This document shows, in pieces, positions 1 to 16,401 of a DNA stretch of 64,000 bases. Location: positions 1 through 64,000 of the forward strand of contig ADNK01000423.1 of the NCBI GenBank assembly GCA_000320545.1, in the 5' to 3' direction. This stretch comes from Bigelowiella natans CCMP2755 (lineage: Eukaryota > Protista > Cercozoa). The translations under genes were made by a program, and so were the position numbers. The notes under the pieces are model-generated. The model ran no database searches. It was not told where the DNA came from and worked only from the letters and a program-made list of their open reading frames with translations. Within the stretch, counting starts at the first letter, position 1. Every line of letters starts with the position of its first letter.

Positions 1-59
1 TAGCAGTAGTAGTAGTAGCAGTAGCATGTGTAGCCGTAGTAGTAGTAGTAGTAGTAGCA

Positions 60-185
60 GTAGTGTAGTAGTATGAGCGCAAAGACGGTTACCAGGCCAA
101 CATCATCACACATGTTTGAGCAGCATAAGTTTGAATGGCAATATTATTCATGGTATGACGATCTATGTTAATCTACTGTGTTAAA

Positions 186-224
<39 letters not shown>

Positions 225-325
225 TGTTCTCAGATATGGTTGGCCGTTGGCTTTCTTGTGGTGTTTGCGTTGGTATCATCACATGAGGAAGAATTGAGTT
301 GTAGGAGCTATCGTATGTGTGTGTG

Positions 326-356
<31 letters not shown>

Positions 357-3300
357 TGCTTTATTATGTGGACGAGGAGTGTGGATATCATATCAGTGTT
401 GTTGTTGTGGTATTTGGACAACATACATACACAATAGCAGCAACATTTGAGGGTAACCATGATGAGATTATGAATCTACCTCAGATTTACTACCAAGCTA
501 CTTCCAACAACGGCGAATTGGCCGTTAATATCATAATTTTAGGTTGTGCTCTATGTAAGGAAGCAAGATCTCATGATTCATTTTCCTAGTATACAATGAT
601 GATAGCCGCATATCGTACCTATCTAGCTACTAATCGTTCTAATGATTATGGTACATCGCCATCACCATACTTAGTGGCAGTCGTGATGGTCGCTTTTGGT
701 GTGCCTGGTAAGTCATGAGGATATAACGTTAATGGACACCGACGATGACGATGATAATGATGATGACGATGATGTGGTGGTGATATACCAATACTACAAG
801 GACTGCTGGAGAAAAGATCAACAGATACTACGCTTTGTCCTCCAAAGGAACAAGAATATTTTACATATTCTTCGTTCCAGTGATGTTAGGATGGATTGCA
901 TACCTCACAACAATGACGGGTACTTTCTGCTATTTGAACAGTGTGTACAATTATAGTATTATGGGGTTGACCACTTACATTGACGAATCATCTTTTTAAT
1001 TCTTTTTCTCTTGCCTTTCTCCCCCTCCTCCATTGTTACAGCAGCAGGTTCAGAGGCAGTACCATCCGTAATTATTGCGTGTATCTACATCGCCTTGCTT
1101 CTTTGGTGATAGTAGCAGTAGTAGTAGTAGTAGTAGTAATTGTTGTTGTTTTAATATATGTCGTTATAGATATGTTGGTATAATATTGTCACAACACTTA
1201 ACCATCATCATCATCATCACCATCATCACCATAAGCATGATCATTATAATCATAATTATCATCATGATCATCATGATCATCATACCAAGGTCATCATCTC
1301 TGTTGCTACACTTCTTTCCGAGAGCAGCTAGAAGAAGAAATCGATACTCGACGATGCTAGGTAATAGAACGGTGTTAGATGGTGCTGCTACTACTAGTAG
1401 TAGTATTAGTATTAGAAGCTACTACTGTTGTTAGTTATCGATATCCCTGAGGAGAGGAGAAAAGGGCATTTCGTTATTGTTCCTTACCTCTACTTCTCCA
1501 TCATAGGATTAATATTTGCATTCGCTGCTGCCCCTCACGGAGCTGCAAATATTGCCTTTTCGGTAGGTCACACGTACAGAGATATTGTTGTGCAAACATC
1601 ATTTTCATATAAATAGGATGATCATAAAAAGTAGTAGTAGTAATAATTGATGAAATAATAATAATACTATCAACAAATTCTCATGCATAATAGATGAAAG
1701 GCAAACGACGAATCTATACACAGAGACAAACAAAACAGCAATGATTTCACCAGTATCATCACTAATTGCCATCATCAGCAGCATTTTCATTACTATTAAA
1801 AGGTTTTATGATAAAATGCACATGTATAATGCACAATGCAGGTTTTTGACTATTCCAAATCACCTCTCGCGGTAAGTAAGGAAGTAAGATATAATGTATG
1901 AAGTAAGAACGAAGCTGAACAGCACTCTTTCTCTTCGTCGTCGTTGTCACTGTTGAAGAAAGTAGAGCGGTCTCATAAATTGTGGTGGCAACGACGCATG
2001 CGTTTACTGGATATTATTCTTACTTGTTTCTCACACACATGTTTTTCTTCTTTTACTACTACTGCTACTACTACCACCAACACTGCGTGAATATAACTCA
2101 CAACCCACCCTCTCCTCTTGTCTTCTTACTACGGCTGCTACTGTATCGTATTTTGCATTTAAAGGCGTACGCTGCTACCCGTGCATTTGTACTTCTGTGC
2201 ATGACAGTAGCAAAGCAAATGGTCTTAGCTATGGATATGATCATCCAAGGTGCTACCGCTACTTGCTACTGCTACTTCCTACTGCTGCCACTATTACTGT
2301 AAACAGTAGTAGTTGTGATTGTAGTCGTTTTTCCCATCACATAGTGATGCTAATGATGATGATGATATGATAATTATTCTGTTTCTAATTACTTGTGACC
2401 TAGTGCTGCTGAAATGTCTAAAACAGTACCAACTGCAGCAGTCGATGACAGTAGCGTTCTCACCCCCCCCTTCGTTGCAGTGCAGGTCATTGTGTGTGTG
2501 TGTGTGATGAGATATCAAACTTTGCCAGAAATCAAAATAATCAATCAACCAATCAATAAATCGCCATTGAAGCATACAGTTATTGCTGCTGCTGCTGCTA
2601 AAGTGATGGTGATAAGATTATTCGAGTTGATGTTTTCTTCTAGCTAGCAGGTTGCGGATGAGGTTGTGCTAGAAGAAGAAGAAGAAGAAGATGCTGATGA
2701 TGTATTTTGTAGTATACCTATATCAAAATTGGTGTTTAGCTGCAAAGATGATGATTGCGTACGTAGAAATACACTTCCTCCTTTTCTCTTCCTCTTTCTC
2801 TTTCTTCTTTTTGTTCTCATTTTTCTTCTTTATGTTTCTGAATGATGAACCTGCTGAGAAGGTGGCAGAATTTTACATTATTGGATTGTTGTTGGTACAT
2901 ACCAACGGTTTTGACTGGGAATTTGGGGTAGTAGCAAGTAACTATAAGAAGATATTATTAGAGGGATGGTAATTAGAAAGAGAAGGTTTTGAGTGGTTTG
3001 GGGAAGTGAATTCTCAGACATGAGAAGACGAGTAGTAGTTCTTGTTAGAGTTAGATATGATAAGGACAGTGCTTAGTAGCAGGAGGGATTAGTACCTGAT
3101 CATCATCATATGATGATGATGATGATGATGATGATGATGGTGATAATGATTATCATTATTATTAATATTATTATTATCATTATGTTACCGTACATATGTG
3201 ATTTTTTTCTTTTTATGCCTCCCTTCAAGATATAACATCAAGTCCTACTATTACTACTACTACTATTACTACTACTACTACTACTACTACTACTACAACT

Positions 3301-3516
3301 ACTTTCAGGTTATGATTACAACGAATGTGTTGTTTAACCTACTGCGTGACAACAACAACAACAACAACATTTGGTATGAATGTTGTTGCCTACAAGCATG
3401 GAGAAGGAAGAGGAAGAAGAAGAGGACGAACAATGCAGCCAAGAAAAAGGAGGAGGAGGAGAAGGAGGAGGAGGAGGAGGTCAATTGGTTATAGATGATA
3501 GATGATGATGATGATA

Positions 3517-3554
<38 letters not shown>

Positions 3555-3568
3555 TGTTTATGTGTATT

Positions 3569-3610
<42 letters not shown>

Positions 3611-3685
3611 GTATAGTAAACAGCATACACCAATGAATAATAATGTATTCCTCCTCCATCTACCTTTTCTTTCTTTCTTCTCCTC

Positions 3686-3726
<41 letters not shown>

Positions 3727-4573
3727 CATATAAATGTGTATGTCCCCCCCCAGCACATGTATCACTTTTGCTGTTAGAAGCATTCATACATACTATATAT
3801 ATTTGATGCAGTTGAGAAGGGGAAAGATGCTGTTCTTCGGTTTTGAGCTTGAGAGTCAGATTTCCTTTTACGAACCAGTGATGCAAACATCATCATCATT
3901 ATCATCATTATCATCAACATCATCATCAACCAAAACACTACTACTACTACTACTAACTACTACTAGCAGAGCAGCAGGAGTTATAGTAATAATGATAGTA
4001 ACGATGATCATATGCAACAAGTACTAATCGCAAAAGCATCTGCACCACCAAAGTGATAAGAAGGAAGGGTGATGCTAGTACGTACGTACTTACCACTAGA
4101 TCATCCTCCCCCCCATACACATTATCTACTACTACAAATACTACTACAAATACTACTACTAAATGTGCATTAAATAGCATACTTCTGCCGCTTTAAATTA
4201 GGTTGTGTACATAATCGTGCTTGGCCATATACTTCTTGAAAGAGGCCTCGCAGATCTAATCGGGTATGTATGAGGAGTATGAAGTACAAGCTTCATGCTA
4301 CTACCTTCATATGATCACCATCATCATCGTTCGTAAAGCAGCTCTAATCACGAGTATGTGTCACCAGTATTAGAGTCGTCTACACTTGTATTCCTGATTT
4401 GATTGAGAGCTGCGTGAAGTTTAATTTGCTGTTACTTGTTGAAAGTTATTCTGACAATACCTCCGATGATGGCGAGCAAGAATCATGGGTAAGAGTTCGC
4501 TTTAGCATTGGTCTACTGAATAACGAAACAATAATAACAACAACATTTACGATTTGAGAGAGAAAGAGTGAGT

Positions 4574-4620
<47 letters not shown>

Positions 4621-4928
4621 GGGGGGGGGGGGGGGGTAGAGGATTGGGGTTGATTGATATTAGAACAGAGAGGGCGGTGGAAATGATGAGTTGGTAACAA
4701 CAACAACATCTGACAGCTTTTTACCCGTGGGATGTCCAAAGAGGATGTGGACAAACAGGTATACATTATGCACTGATACTACTCTTTCGATAATAAATTA
4801 CCTGATAGAGATCATTGATTCTTATATGAGCTCATCACAAGCCTCTTTCTCTTTCTCCATTCTATAGTTGCTGGTTCTTCTCTCTGTAGCTTTGGTGTCT
4901 CTACTTGTTGCTATTTTCTCCTGGTAAA

Positions 4929-4961
<33 letters not shown>

Positions 4962-5161
4962 TCATCGTCGATGAAGGATGTATGGGATTAGTGTGCATGT
5001 ATTCTTGCTTGCTAGCAGAAACAATGAAAAATACATCAAATCAACGATGAGCTTGACCAACAATATCATACGTCTATAATAATACAAAGGTTTCATTTGG
5101 TTCGAAGAATGAATAGAGCAGAAGCAACTTCCGGTACTTCATGTTAACATAGTTGTAGCTC

Positions 5162-5196
<35 letters not shown>

Positions 5197-5796
5197 TATC
5201 ATTACAAGCATATGTACATGCATTGTGCTGGCGCTGTGTAGCGAAGGGATTCAAGAAAAAAAGAGGAGTCGTTGAAAGAGGAATCAGTCCCCAGGATGAT
5301 GTTGTCTCTTCTGTGACAGGATTTGGAAGAGAAGGTTTGTTATCATAACGATGATAAAGATGATGATGATGATGATGATGATACGTTCATCGTAAAAAGT
5401 AACCATTTGTCATCGTCCAGGTTTCTCACGAAATCAAAACAGGCAAAATAGGTTCTGCCACTTTGTATGTTGTTCATGATTAAGTAGTTAGTTGATTATA
5501 ATATTGCTATTCTTACACGTCAAGAAATCTCTCACATCGCTATCTGTGTGAGTAATACTACTTTGTACTTGGTGTATGTTGTGAATAAGCTTTATATTTG
5601 ATTTATTCTGAATACTCAGCCTCCTTCTACTAATGAATATATTGTGGCCAATCAAACTTTCTTTCAATCACACAATCAATCCATCCATCAATCAATCAAT
5701 CGACCAATCAGTGATATGGCACTAAGGAAGAAAGACAGCAACATGAGTATCAACAGTGATTTGAATGAGGTATTTTCGTCATTGTATTCAGTATCC

Positions 5797-5833
<37 letters not shown>

Positions 5834-6300
5834 CGTCACGTGTGTGTGTGTGTGTGTGTGTTATATGTGCAGGAGCATAAATTTGGAGGAGGTGAATCAT
5901 CTTCCAAGCAGCAGTATGAAACAAAAACCAGTCGAATATCATCATCAATTCCAGCAGCAGCAGAAACTTCGATGATAATCTCTGATACCATCAGTCGTCG
6001 TGGTGGTGATTCTATGGTGGAGGTGGAGGTAGTACATACTGTTATGCTTTTAATATTAGTAACCCTTCTCCTAACCACTCTTTGCAAACGTATCACAATG
6101 GGGCGGTAGTAGCACATGACACACATTTGAAGAAATGAATGATTCAATTCATGAAATATCAGATGAAAGAAGCCAAATCAAAAGATGATAATACTGCGGT
6201 AAGAACTTCACATATCACAAACCATCGTAATGCATAAATATCTGCACGGGTATGTGTGTGCGCGCATGTGTGCGTGTGTGTGTATGTGTGGTGAAGATTC
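60..6300 (+). CDS. Probable many-exon gene (membrane protein?) in microsatellite-rich introns; structure unresolved
   Basis: Short high-complexity islands flanked by AG/GT, e.g. LYFSIIGLIFAFAAAPHGAANIAFS (~1490-1562), LRRGKMLFFGFELESQISFYEP (~3812-3880), LFTRGMSKEDVDKQ (~4717-4758), LLVLLSVALVSLLVAIFS (~4868-4923). Confidence 0.25.
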
Positions 6301-6899
6301 TCTTTCAGCATTACTGATAGTTGTGAGCATACATTAGAGTGTTATGGAAAAAGTCGGTAAAATGTGGAGGAAAAACAGATCAACATCGCTCATGGTCAGA
6401 GATAATCTAGATTTCGACTAATCACATCATAACAAAGCAAAATGTGCATGAAGAACCACATTTATGTTCAATATAACACACTAGCAGTTTCGGTTGATAA
6501 TGCAAAATCGATTGGAAATTGCTGATGGTGGTGGTGGTGGTGTGTTGGCATTATCTTTTATAGGGTGTACTACATGGCCTGACAGTTGTTTATGTGTGGC
6601 AATATCTCGTGTATTATGAGGTAATAATGTGCACAAAAAAGAAGATAAATGATGATGTCTTCAGCATTAGAACACATGAAAATGTGGCTGGCGCACAGCA
6701 CAAGTACATTTTCTAATGAATTGACGACACACCCCTAAGATGTGTCTATCACAATAACATTATTTTTGGTTTTGTCGTATGCTTTAACACAGACGACCAA
6801 CAAATAGTAGTAGTAGTTGTTGTTCCAATGAGCAGCAGCGAAGTTACTTCCGTGAAGTTCATCAGCACTCTATCTTATGCAGCTGTAAGATGTCATCAA

Positions 6900-7640
6900 G
6901 CACGCAAGTTGTGACAACATGTAGCAAGCAATTGAAAACAATGAAACTTGCACTAATGATGGTGATGCCAGCACAGCTAGATAGAATGACAAGCTATCTA
7001 TCTAGGTTGCAGGTGTAGTGCAAGATGTCCACATCTATGCACATCTTGCGCAATGACGATCGACTACTGTTTTGCCCATCTAGCCATCGTTATCATCGAG
7101 AATTAAGTGTGTAAGTGGCATGACCATCAACATGGCGGCGCAAACACGACATCTGGATTGATTGATGCTTGTATCATCGTGCAGGCCTAAACTAGATGAG
7201 CGCACTGGGCGTGCGTGCAATGCATCTCACTAGCTTGGACATCTAAGACTCGCTGAACTAGTGAAGCATGCATTGCTAGCTAGATCATGTATTGCTGCAC
7301 CTGCGTGCGCCAGCTGTGCGCCTAACAAACGCACAGTGCATGTGCAATCATTGTGTGCATGTAGCTAGATGGCTAGTTGTCCAGACACACACATTCTCAT
7401 TTCTTCAGAAAAAGTTAGTCGACACACAGCAGCTTAGTCTCATCTTAAGCCATTGTTGTTTGGATCGACCATGCGCTAACTTCACAACACTAGAACAAAT
7501 TGCAAATGCATGCAATGATGTGCATCTGAAAACTGCATGTCGATGTCACAATCTGCATTTGAAAGCGGTGTCACATCATGCTTGCTGATGTTTTGAGCAA
7601 TGATGAGTTCTTTCTCACGTTGTTCCATTCCGAGTCGTCA
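6900..7640. other. Partial TpA-depleted intergenic tract
   Basis: TG/CA-rich, and remaining TA is mostly in CTA, TAG or CTAG. Lies at the 3' end of the kinesin gene. Confidence 0.6.
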
Positions 7641-8251
7641 TTCGCCATATTCTCCATCCCGCTAGAAAATGAATTAATGTTTCTCAATGATGATGACGAA
7701 ACTTGACCCGGCTGTTTTTCAACAGAAATTTGTGTTCTGTCAGGAGTCATGGCCATGTTACCAGAACTCTGATAGATAGCAGTGCAGTTTCATTCAGATG
7801 GAATACCATAATAGTTGTTCTGACTATTTTTTCATGTCGGTGTGTGTTTTCCAACTGTACTACCAACATTTAAAAAAAAATGCTAAAAACGTAGAAAAGC
7901 ACCGGTATAATGTGCACCTTTGAAACTCCACTGAAAAGTCTCCGTGTTGTTTTCTTCGCTGATGATGCAGATCCTTGGGGTAAGGAATCAAGCATGGATT
8001 CTGAACGTCGACTCAATCTAGAGGAGCGCGACTTATTCCGCATTGGCGTCCTAAAGCATTGATCAAGATGACGAATAATGAACGATAATACTACAACGTT
8101 GATTATGATGATGATGATGATGATGATGATGATCAACTATTGTTCCGAAGTGTATTGAACAGTAAGAAAGCAGATAGAAGTAATATGGAGTAGTGAGTAT
8201 TTTATCTTATCGAATCACAGTCAGATATGATTGATTAAGCAAGCATAATCT

Positions 8252-8293
<42 letters not shown>

Positions 8294-8480
8294 TATGTAA
8301 AATCTTATATGTAGTATGTGGAGGCCTTCCTCCTCGTCCTTCTCCATTTAATAATATTTACCGCTCTGACACACTACCCACAATCTACCTGGGTGGCTGT
8401 GCATCTTCTGATAGTGCTCGAGAAAAAAGCTTAGAGTTGTAAACAGTAGTGTTAGTCTGTATTTCTCTTCGCCCCCCCCC

Positions 8481-8521
<41 letters not shown>

Positions 8522-9300
8522 TCTCTCTCTTTCTTTCTCTCTCTCTTAGGTTTTGATAAACCTTCTTCCTGCTTGATTTGCGGTCTGTCTTCGACTAAAA
8601 TATTGTGATGAGCGGGTAAGGTGAATGAGCGAGGGAAACATCTGTTAGATGGTGTGCAGATGTAATGGAAGTAGAAGAAATCTTATGCCTACTCTATAAT
8701 AGATACTTGACAAATTAACAACGAATCACTTCATTTTAGTATGTTTTGTTGTGTAGTCTTTCCTCTTCTTCTTCTTCATAATCTTCATCTTCATCTTATT
8801 TATATTTTTGCTTTTCTTCCTTTGTGCTACTAGTACTACTACTGCTACTACTACACTACTATTACCCTGCTCTCTGAGCGGCCAAGCTCGACATTACGAA
8901 TTAATGCCGCAAATTCTATTGAACGCTTTGTTTCCTTGTTAAAAAGTAGGTAAAGTGTACATGCGTATGGCGTGTATCACCACCACCAGCACTATCACAG
9001 CGGCTATTAATGTGTGTGGTACAGCTTCATACCTCATAGTCCCTCTGTCTTGGAGATAGGGTTGATATCATGATAGTCTGCGACTTGTTCTGCAGCAGCA
9101 GCAGCAGCAGCAGCAGTACAAAAGGAATAGCGTTGTTGTTGTTGTTGTTGTTGTTGTATTATATAACATTAGAAGAATTCAATCTGAGGACAACGCTATT
9201 TCATCGAAATATTACGCTATTCCTTCCTTTCTTCACTCACGTTTACCCCAAATACACATTAGGCAAAACGGTATTGTCTAGATGTGCGTTTTGTGTCAAT

Positions 9301-9337
<37 letters not shown>

Positions 9338-9820
9338 CAATTGATATACGTGTTGTACATGTATACTACAACCGTGAAACACCACCATGCGTGCTTTCAT
9401 TGTGATGATGATAATGATGATAAAAAAGGTGAACAAAACCACATGCCGTACCAAAAATGCCTTCATTAGGAGCGTTGTTAGCTTCGAGTCTCTAAATGGC
9501 ACGTGTTGTTGTTTCCGTGCTAGAGCAAGCAATACCTGAGTAAAGAGAGAGAGAGAGAGGAGGGGGTGAGGAGGGGAATAGAACGAGGATAATCGGAGAC
9601 AAAAACAAATGATATTGTTGTTTTTACTAGCTACTGTAAGCTACTACCCTATTACATAGCCCTTAAATTGTAGTAAGTAACAGAAAGAGAAGGAAGGAAA
9701 TATGATAGTACTACTAGTAGTAGTAGTATTATACCCCTCTGAAAGCCGAGATAGATTTATTTATAGAACCTACAAAGAGAGAGGGAGGAGGATGAGGAGG
9801 AGGAGGAGGAGGAGAGGGAG

Positions 9821-9868
<48 letters not shown>

Positions 9869-10741
9869 CAGTAACGAGCATTCAGCTACGGGTCTGCATA
9901 GTATGGTCGCACTACTCGATGACCGCATCAACTAGCAATTTCTCTATTGCGAGTGAAGAATTTAAGAGCGAGTGGAAGCATTTACTTACAATGGGATAGT
10001 AGCATTATTATCATCATCATTATTATTATTATTGTTATTATTATTGCTGTTTTTGTTGATATTATTAGTAGTGGGAATGTAGCAGTACCCGTTTGTGAAA
10101 TAGACGCCTGGCGCATCTTCTGGATGTTTCCACTGTTAATGGACTAATCGTACGACACCAACCAATAAATGTACGGAGAAATGAATGATATATGGTGAGA
10201 TGTATTGATGATGCGTATGAAAGCATTCTATCTTGTTGTTGTTCTTCATCTTGCACCCCGTGAGTTAGATGATCCTGGTTGGTATTATCGTCGAGACGTT
10301 CGGAACCTTGTAATTGAATGATGATGATCATCTAAATAATGACATATTTGTTATTGTCCGCAGTGTTGCAGTGAGTTTACTTACCAGCCATATCTATCAT
10401 CATCAATTGGCCCTTTACGCGGCGACTAGATTCAGCATGAGCTCCTATCACCTAATCAACGAAGAAGAACAACAGCACCTTATATACTGTGAACATCAGC
10501 ATCAACAATATACTGTTCAATAATACGCAGATTATACACGCACATAACACACTTGCATATTCTATTTCTAGAATCAGCAATTAGAAAAATGTGCGAGCGG
10601 CTGCTGCAAATTTTGAGTGAGTTTTATACGATGCATATCAGGTCACATTGCTGCTACTACCGACACCATGATCACTGCGTGTGATCGAGAGCTTCTTTGA
10701 TTCATAAGAGTGCGGCCTGTTTGTGGTAATAATGCCACACA

Positions 10742-10808
<67 letters not shown>

Positions 10809-11803
10809 AGTGTGTTTGTACATATCTAAAGTATATATATGTTATATTTGCGTGTGTGCCATGTATTTTTGCTTGGTCAAGAAAGGGCAATCTGCACATA
10901 CATCAACATTAAATGACAAGGAAGAACGCTCTACATAGGCATTGACATTAAATCACATATAAACTTAAACAGTAATATGTCACTCATCACTTGCAACTGA
11001 GTAGTATCACCATCAAGGTGAAAATCAACCAATGTGGTTTATATAATAAGTAATGATAATTCGCAACAATGTAAATCATCAAGTTGTGCGGCCATTCCAA
11101 AAGAAGGTACAAAACAAGAGTATGGGGGCATTATTCAGTCTTAAATCGTCATATTCAGTGCACAAGTTGTAGTATTTGGTTTTCTTGAAAGTATAGACAA
11201 GTACAAGATAGCAAGCAGCAGCACGATAGTAGCAGCATTTATCATCATCATCATCATCATCATACCTTCTGTCCTATGCTTCATCGACTTTTTGAGGAAG
11301 GAGATAGCATCTGCTGAAGTCTTTATAATCTCCTACTCGGAAGGAGGAGGGGGGGAGGAGAAGGGATTGGTTGTTGTTAGCACGAGGAGAGAGATAATAC
11401 AATGTCAAAACACTTTACATCGTTGTTGGTTTTCTCTTTCCTTACTCTCCTCCCCTCCCTCATGGTAGCATCATTCTCTTTTGGACCCTTTTGCGCCTAC
11501 ATTTACCTCCTTCAGGCCAGGAATAGAGACGTCATTATCCTTGTTGTTATAGAGCTTTAAACATCCTAATATATCGTTGCATTCATCAAGAAACGGCAGC
11601 AGTAGTAGTAGTAGTAGCGGCAGCAGTAGTAGAATTAGTTTAATGGAGAGAGGGAGAAGTACGTACATAAAATAGTTAAAGATATGCACGAGTTTTACCA
11701 CTACTATTACTGCTAGCACCAGATTTCGAATTTCGATCAAGGAGATCATACACCTATGTTTTATGCATACATTTTGAATAGCATACTGAGCTTCATGGTC
11801 CAC

Positions 11804-11842
<39 letters not shown>

Positions 11843-13359
11843 TTAGTAGTAGTTTTGTAGTGGAAGTGGCAGTAGTGCTGGACCATCGAGCAGCTAGGTA
11901 GCTAGAGGCATCATGCATGAAAGACATCGCAGATAATAGGGTTGAATGTGTTTCAAAGATATTAGCCGATATATCACCGAGTTAATTTTTGTACGCACAT
12001 GACAAATAAAATGAATGGTTAGAAGATTAGTGAATGCCTTGGTAAATTGTGTACTACTTCCATATTATGCATCTTATCATCATCATCATCCATCAAACAG
12101 CTTAATCACCATCGATTACTAACACACACCTGCTCCTTGTAGATCTCTACTGCACTCGCTACGAGCGTGTATTTCCATCCAACCTCCTTCCGACTGGAAA
12201 AATAGAGTAATAGCAATCATGGTCATAATCATAATCATTGTAAGTAAAATACTACTACTACTACTACTACTACTACTAATGTTCTAAAGCAAGTCAGCTG
12301 TGAGAAAGAGAAGAAAGCACGAATATATCTATATATATAGAAAACAAGATGAATGAACTTTGATGATGGCGATCATGATCTAGTGCTAATTAGTACGTGG
12401 ATTCATTCGATAGACCATGCGTATCATCTGCCAAAGAAATGTTGTAAATCTTGTTCTTATACCTTTCGATAGTCGTTAGGTAGCCGTTGATTGTGCGTAG
12501 CATCAAACCACACTTTTCAGGGTCCTTAGAAGAAGAAAAAGCACAAGAACAACGGAAGTAAGTGTGAATTTAAAGTAAGTGTGTGTATGTGCATAGACAC
12601 GCTAGGCTGGTAACAGCAATGACTTAAGTGTTTTGTTTACAATTAGTGATAATACCTGCAGATCCCCTTCCATCGTGAAGGTCTTGCCTGATTGATATAG
12701 TGGGATTTTAGTTCAATTATTTTATTTGTTCATTGCTGTTTTCTTCTTATTATCATTAATCAGCTAATGACCAAATATAAACAAGCCCGAATAAATGGGT
12801 CGATGTTTAGCAGCAGCAGCAAGAGGAGGATGAGGAGGAGGAGGATGAGGAGGAGGAGGACAGGGTAGGCAGATTTCTATCTCTTCCTTCTAGACGATGA
12901 TTTGAAAAGAAAGTACAATTATGACATTTCCTCCTCCTCCTATTAGTTAGTACTAGTACACAACTATCGCAAGGAAACTAACACACACAATCCAACCATC
13001 TTCTGATGACTCTGCAGCCAACTAGTACGTACTACTACCACCACTCTACTACTACTACTACTACTACTACTACTGCTGCTACTACTACCGGAAGCTGTTT
13101 GTCCGTATGCATACACACAGACGTCATATCTTTAAATCGTAAAAACAACAATTAACGTTATTGTTGATTCTTCTTAATATTGCCATATTTATTATCGACG
13201 ATATACTACCCATCCATGCAAGTAAGAACGGTCTTCTCAAATTCCTTGAAAACTTCCTCCTGTTTGCACAGAAAAAAGAAGCCAAGCTCAGAGACATGTA
13301 AAAGATGACCTCGAACCTTCCCCCCCCCCCACCCCCCCCACACATATATATACTACTAC

Positions 13360-13399
<40 letters not shown>

Positions 13400-13568
13400 G
13401 TTATTATTATAAAGAACAACCTGTGTTTTTGAAGGCCCAAATGCCCTGGTAAGGTGAAACGACTCTTGGTTATACTGAATACCTGATGATGATGATGATG
13501 AAGATGATGACGACGACCATGATTGTGGGAGAAATCAAAGGGGTTGGAAATCGCTCTCCTTCTCTCCC

Positions 13569-13648
<80 letters not shown>

Positions 13649-14627
13649 CTGCTTGCTGTTAGTGCTTGTCCTCTAATCAATGAATACCGTCGCTCATAAC
13701 AGTAAACTTAGCTTCTTCATCGATCTTATATTCCTCAGGTTTCATTGGTCGAATGCGAGCAAAGACACGAATATTGCCTTTTGATATTCTACAAGTACAA
13801 TGAAACATCATAATAACACAATATTAGATAAATGACATATAATACTACATTTGTAGGTAAGGACTGAATTCCCCCCTGCCCTCCTAACCCCCTTCCTCGG
13901 AACAACAAAATGCATTGATATAAAAAACGGAAGAAGTATTTTGAGTAAGGAAGTTGTAGTGCAGTAGTTCTTCTTCTTCTTCTACTACCACATCATGACT
14001 ATTCCTCATTACCATCACTACTTGTTGTTGTTGTTGTTGTTGTATGACCTGATCTCATCGATCATGTTCTTTCGCTGTTCAATTTCACTCTCTAGCTTGA
14101 TTTGCAGTGTCTATTGATTGTGAGGGGGGGGCGGTTCTTAGAACAGGACTTCTAGGTTGGAATGAGATGTCTTTTGGATAGCAATAAAACTTATACATCA
14201 ACATAAAAGTAGGTAGTTATCGGTATTTCTTTCTTCCCAAGCAATCAATAACAATGAAATCATTTCCTCGTTGTATATTCTCGCAACAACATCTCTACTA
14301 TGTTTGTGTTTGTTTTGCTAAGAGGCCATTGCACATCTCTGTTTTAAGCATGTGTTTATTTGCAATGTTGCTTTTCCTCCTTACGTCAGATCGCCTCCGT
14401 AATGCGACATTGTATTTCTTATTCTATTATGAATTGAGATTATCACCAGCAAAACAAGAAGACTGTCAGAATAGGTTCAAAGGAGGTATCATCACTGATT
14501 GCACACTGCTAGATAGAAGGCAAGATCATCGATCGACTTTGGATATTAGTACTATTTTGGAAAGCAATATGTTGTCGTTGGTCAGGGTTTGGTTGTAGGG
14601 AGTTTATTTATTTTGAGGTGATGATGA

Positions 14628-14667
<40 letters not shown>

Positions 14668-15137
14668 TATATATGGGTAGTAGTAGTAGTAGTAGTAGTA
14701 GTAGTTGTAGTAATAGTAGTCGTACATCTGCAATAGCCTCTAATATTCGATTGCATTCAATAGAACACGCAGCCTATAGATTATTATGTATTGCATGATT
14801 CCTTAGACGATAGATATTCCAGAGATATACACACGTGTTGTGTGTGTTTTGTGTTGTGTCCATGCTAAGGTACAGACAGCAGTCAATTTTTCTTTCGCAC
14901 TTTGACTGTTACAAGCTGTGGTTTTATTTTATACAGAACAGCAGCTGAGTCATCATCACCATCATCATCATCATCGTCATCATCATCGTCACCATCATCA
15001 TGCAAACACAAGCTATAAGCATCATCATTGTCCCATTCTCTTTACCAATACCTTATGCCGATCGAATTGCTTTATTGCATGTACTCTGAGTCTTTTTATC
15101 CCATCCGTTAAGCTGGAATGCTAGTAGAAGTATTGAC

Positions 15138-15174
<37 letters not shown>

Positions 15175-16150
15175 ATGATAATGATTATGTGCACCAATAG
15201 ATGTAGTAGAGGCAGCATATTCAAGCACAAGTATCTATTGTTCTTCTTGTTTCATTTTCGCTTCCTCTCCTGACCTCATCATCATCATCATCATCGTCGT
15301 CATCACCATTAAAACCTCACGAATATGTGGTGATACTACTACTGCTGCTGCTACTACTACTACTGCTACCTTTTGTAGAAGGCGGGTTGCTTTCATGAAC
15401 ATTGTGTGTGGTAGGATTGGATGTGTAATTGCTGCTTGATGCCTTCCATTCTCGTTCTTTCTTTGCTGCATTCGTAACTGGGAGATATCCTTTCTCAACT
15501 GATGAGAAAGGGAGGACAACATCTTACTGAATCGACTCAATGCAGTCACCATCATCAGTTTTATTTAGCATCACTACTCTCACCTCACGAATACTTTCCC
15601 TGAGTTTGTTTCCTGCGTGATAATACAACAACAACGATAAGAAAGATGGCTTGAGCAAGCGTGTATGTATGGTTAAATAGCTGTTAGGCATCAAAAAGAC
15701 GATGTGACGGTGTTATGTGCACTCGTGAATCTCCATTTTACTTAATCATATCCATCACATCTCGCTATCACATCTATGTAAGATACTGTAGTAGCATACA
15801 TTATCTTCTAATTTGAAACATCATCATCATCACCATCATTATCATCATCGTCCGTAATATGACCTTCAGCTTTTTGCACACTTGCAAGTTGCTTCCAACC
15901 TGTTAAAGCTCTTCCTCTGGAATGTACCTTCTGAGTGATGACAGCACGTAGATTTTGGTCGTACACTATATGTATTGTCATCGTCATCTTCGTCGTGTGG
16001 TCAGTCATATATGATATTTTACATAATAATCTCTGAATCTGTGGTGTGCAGTAGACAAACACGTCAAAATTGGCGTTAAATCAATATTTCAGCAGCTTGC
16101 AGATTCCTCTCCTTTTTCGGTACTACCTCCTCTTCAAATGCCTGCATATG

Positions 16151-16185
<35 letters not shown>

Positions 16186-16364
16186 TGTGTGTGTGTGCGT
16201 GATATCTGTTTATATATTTATATGATATTCAATATATACGCTTGGTTTTATGTCAATACAATCATCTTTTACACGAACAAGTAGCAATCATTGTGATGTG
16301 GTGTTTCTTCTCTTTCCAAAAAAAGCATTCTTAAGGGGAGGGGGGGGGTGGTTTGAAAAATATC

Positions 16365-16401
<37 letters not shown>

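Noticed and set aside
1490-2010. PHO4/PiT phosphate transporter motifs (APHGAANIA, ATTHAF)
   Set aside because: The similarity is too short and degenerate, and no consistent exon chain could be built.
1-6200. Many 60-190 aa ORFs with HTHT, CVCV, YIYI, poly-I/D/S tracts
   Set aside because: They are translations of microsatellites, not proteins.
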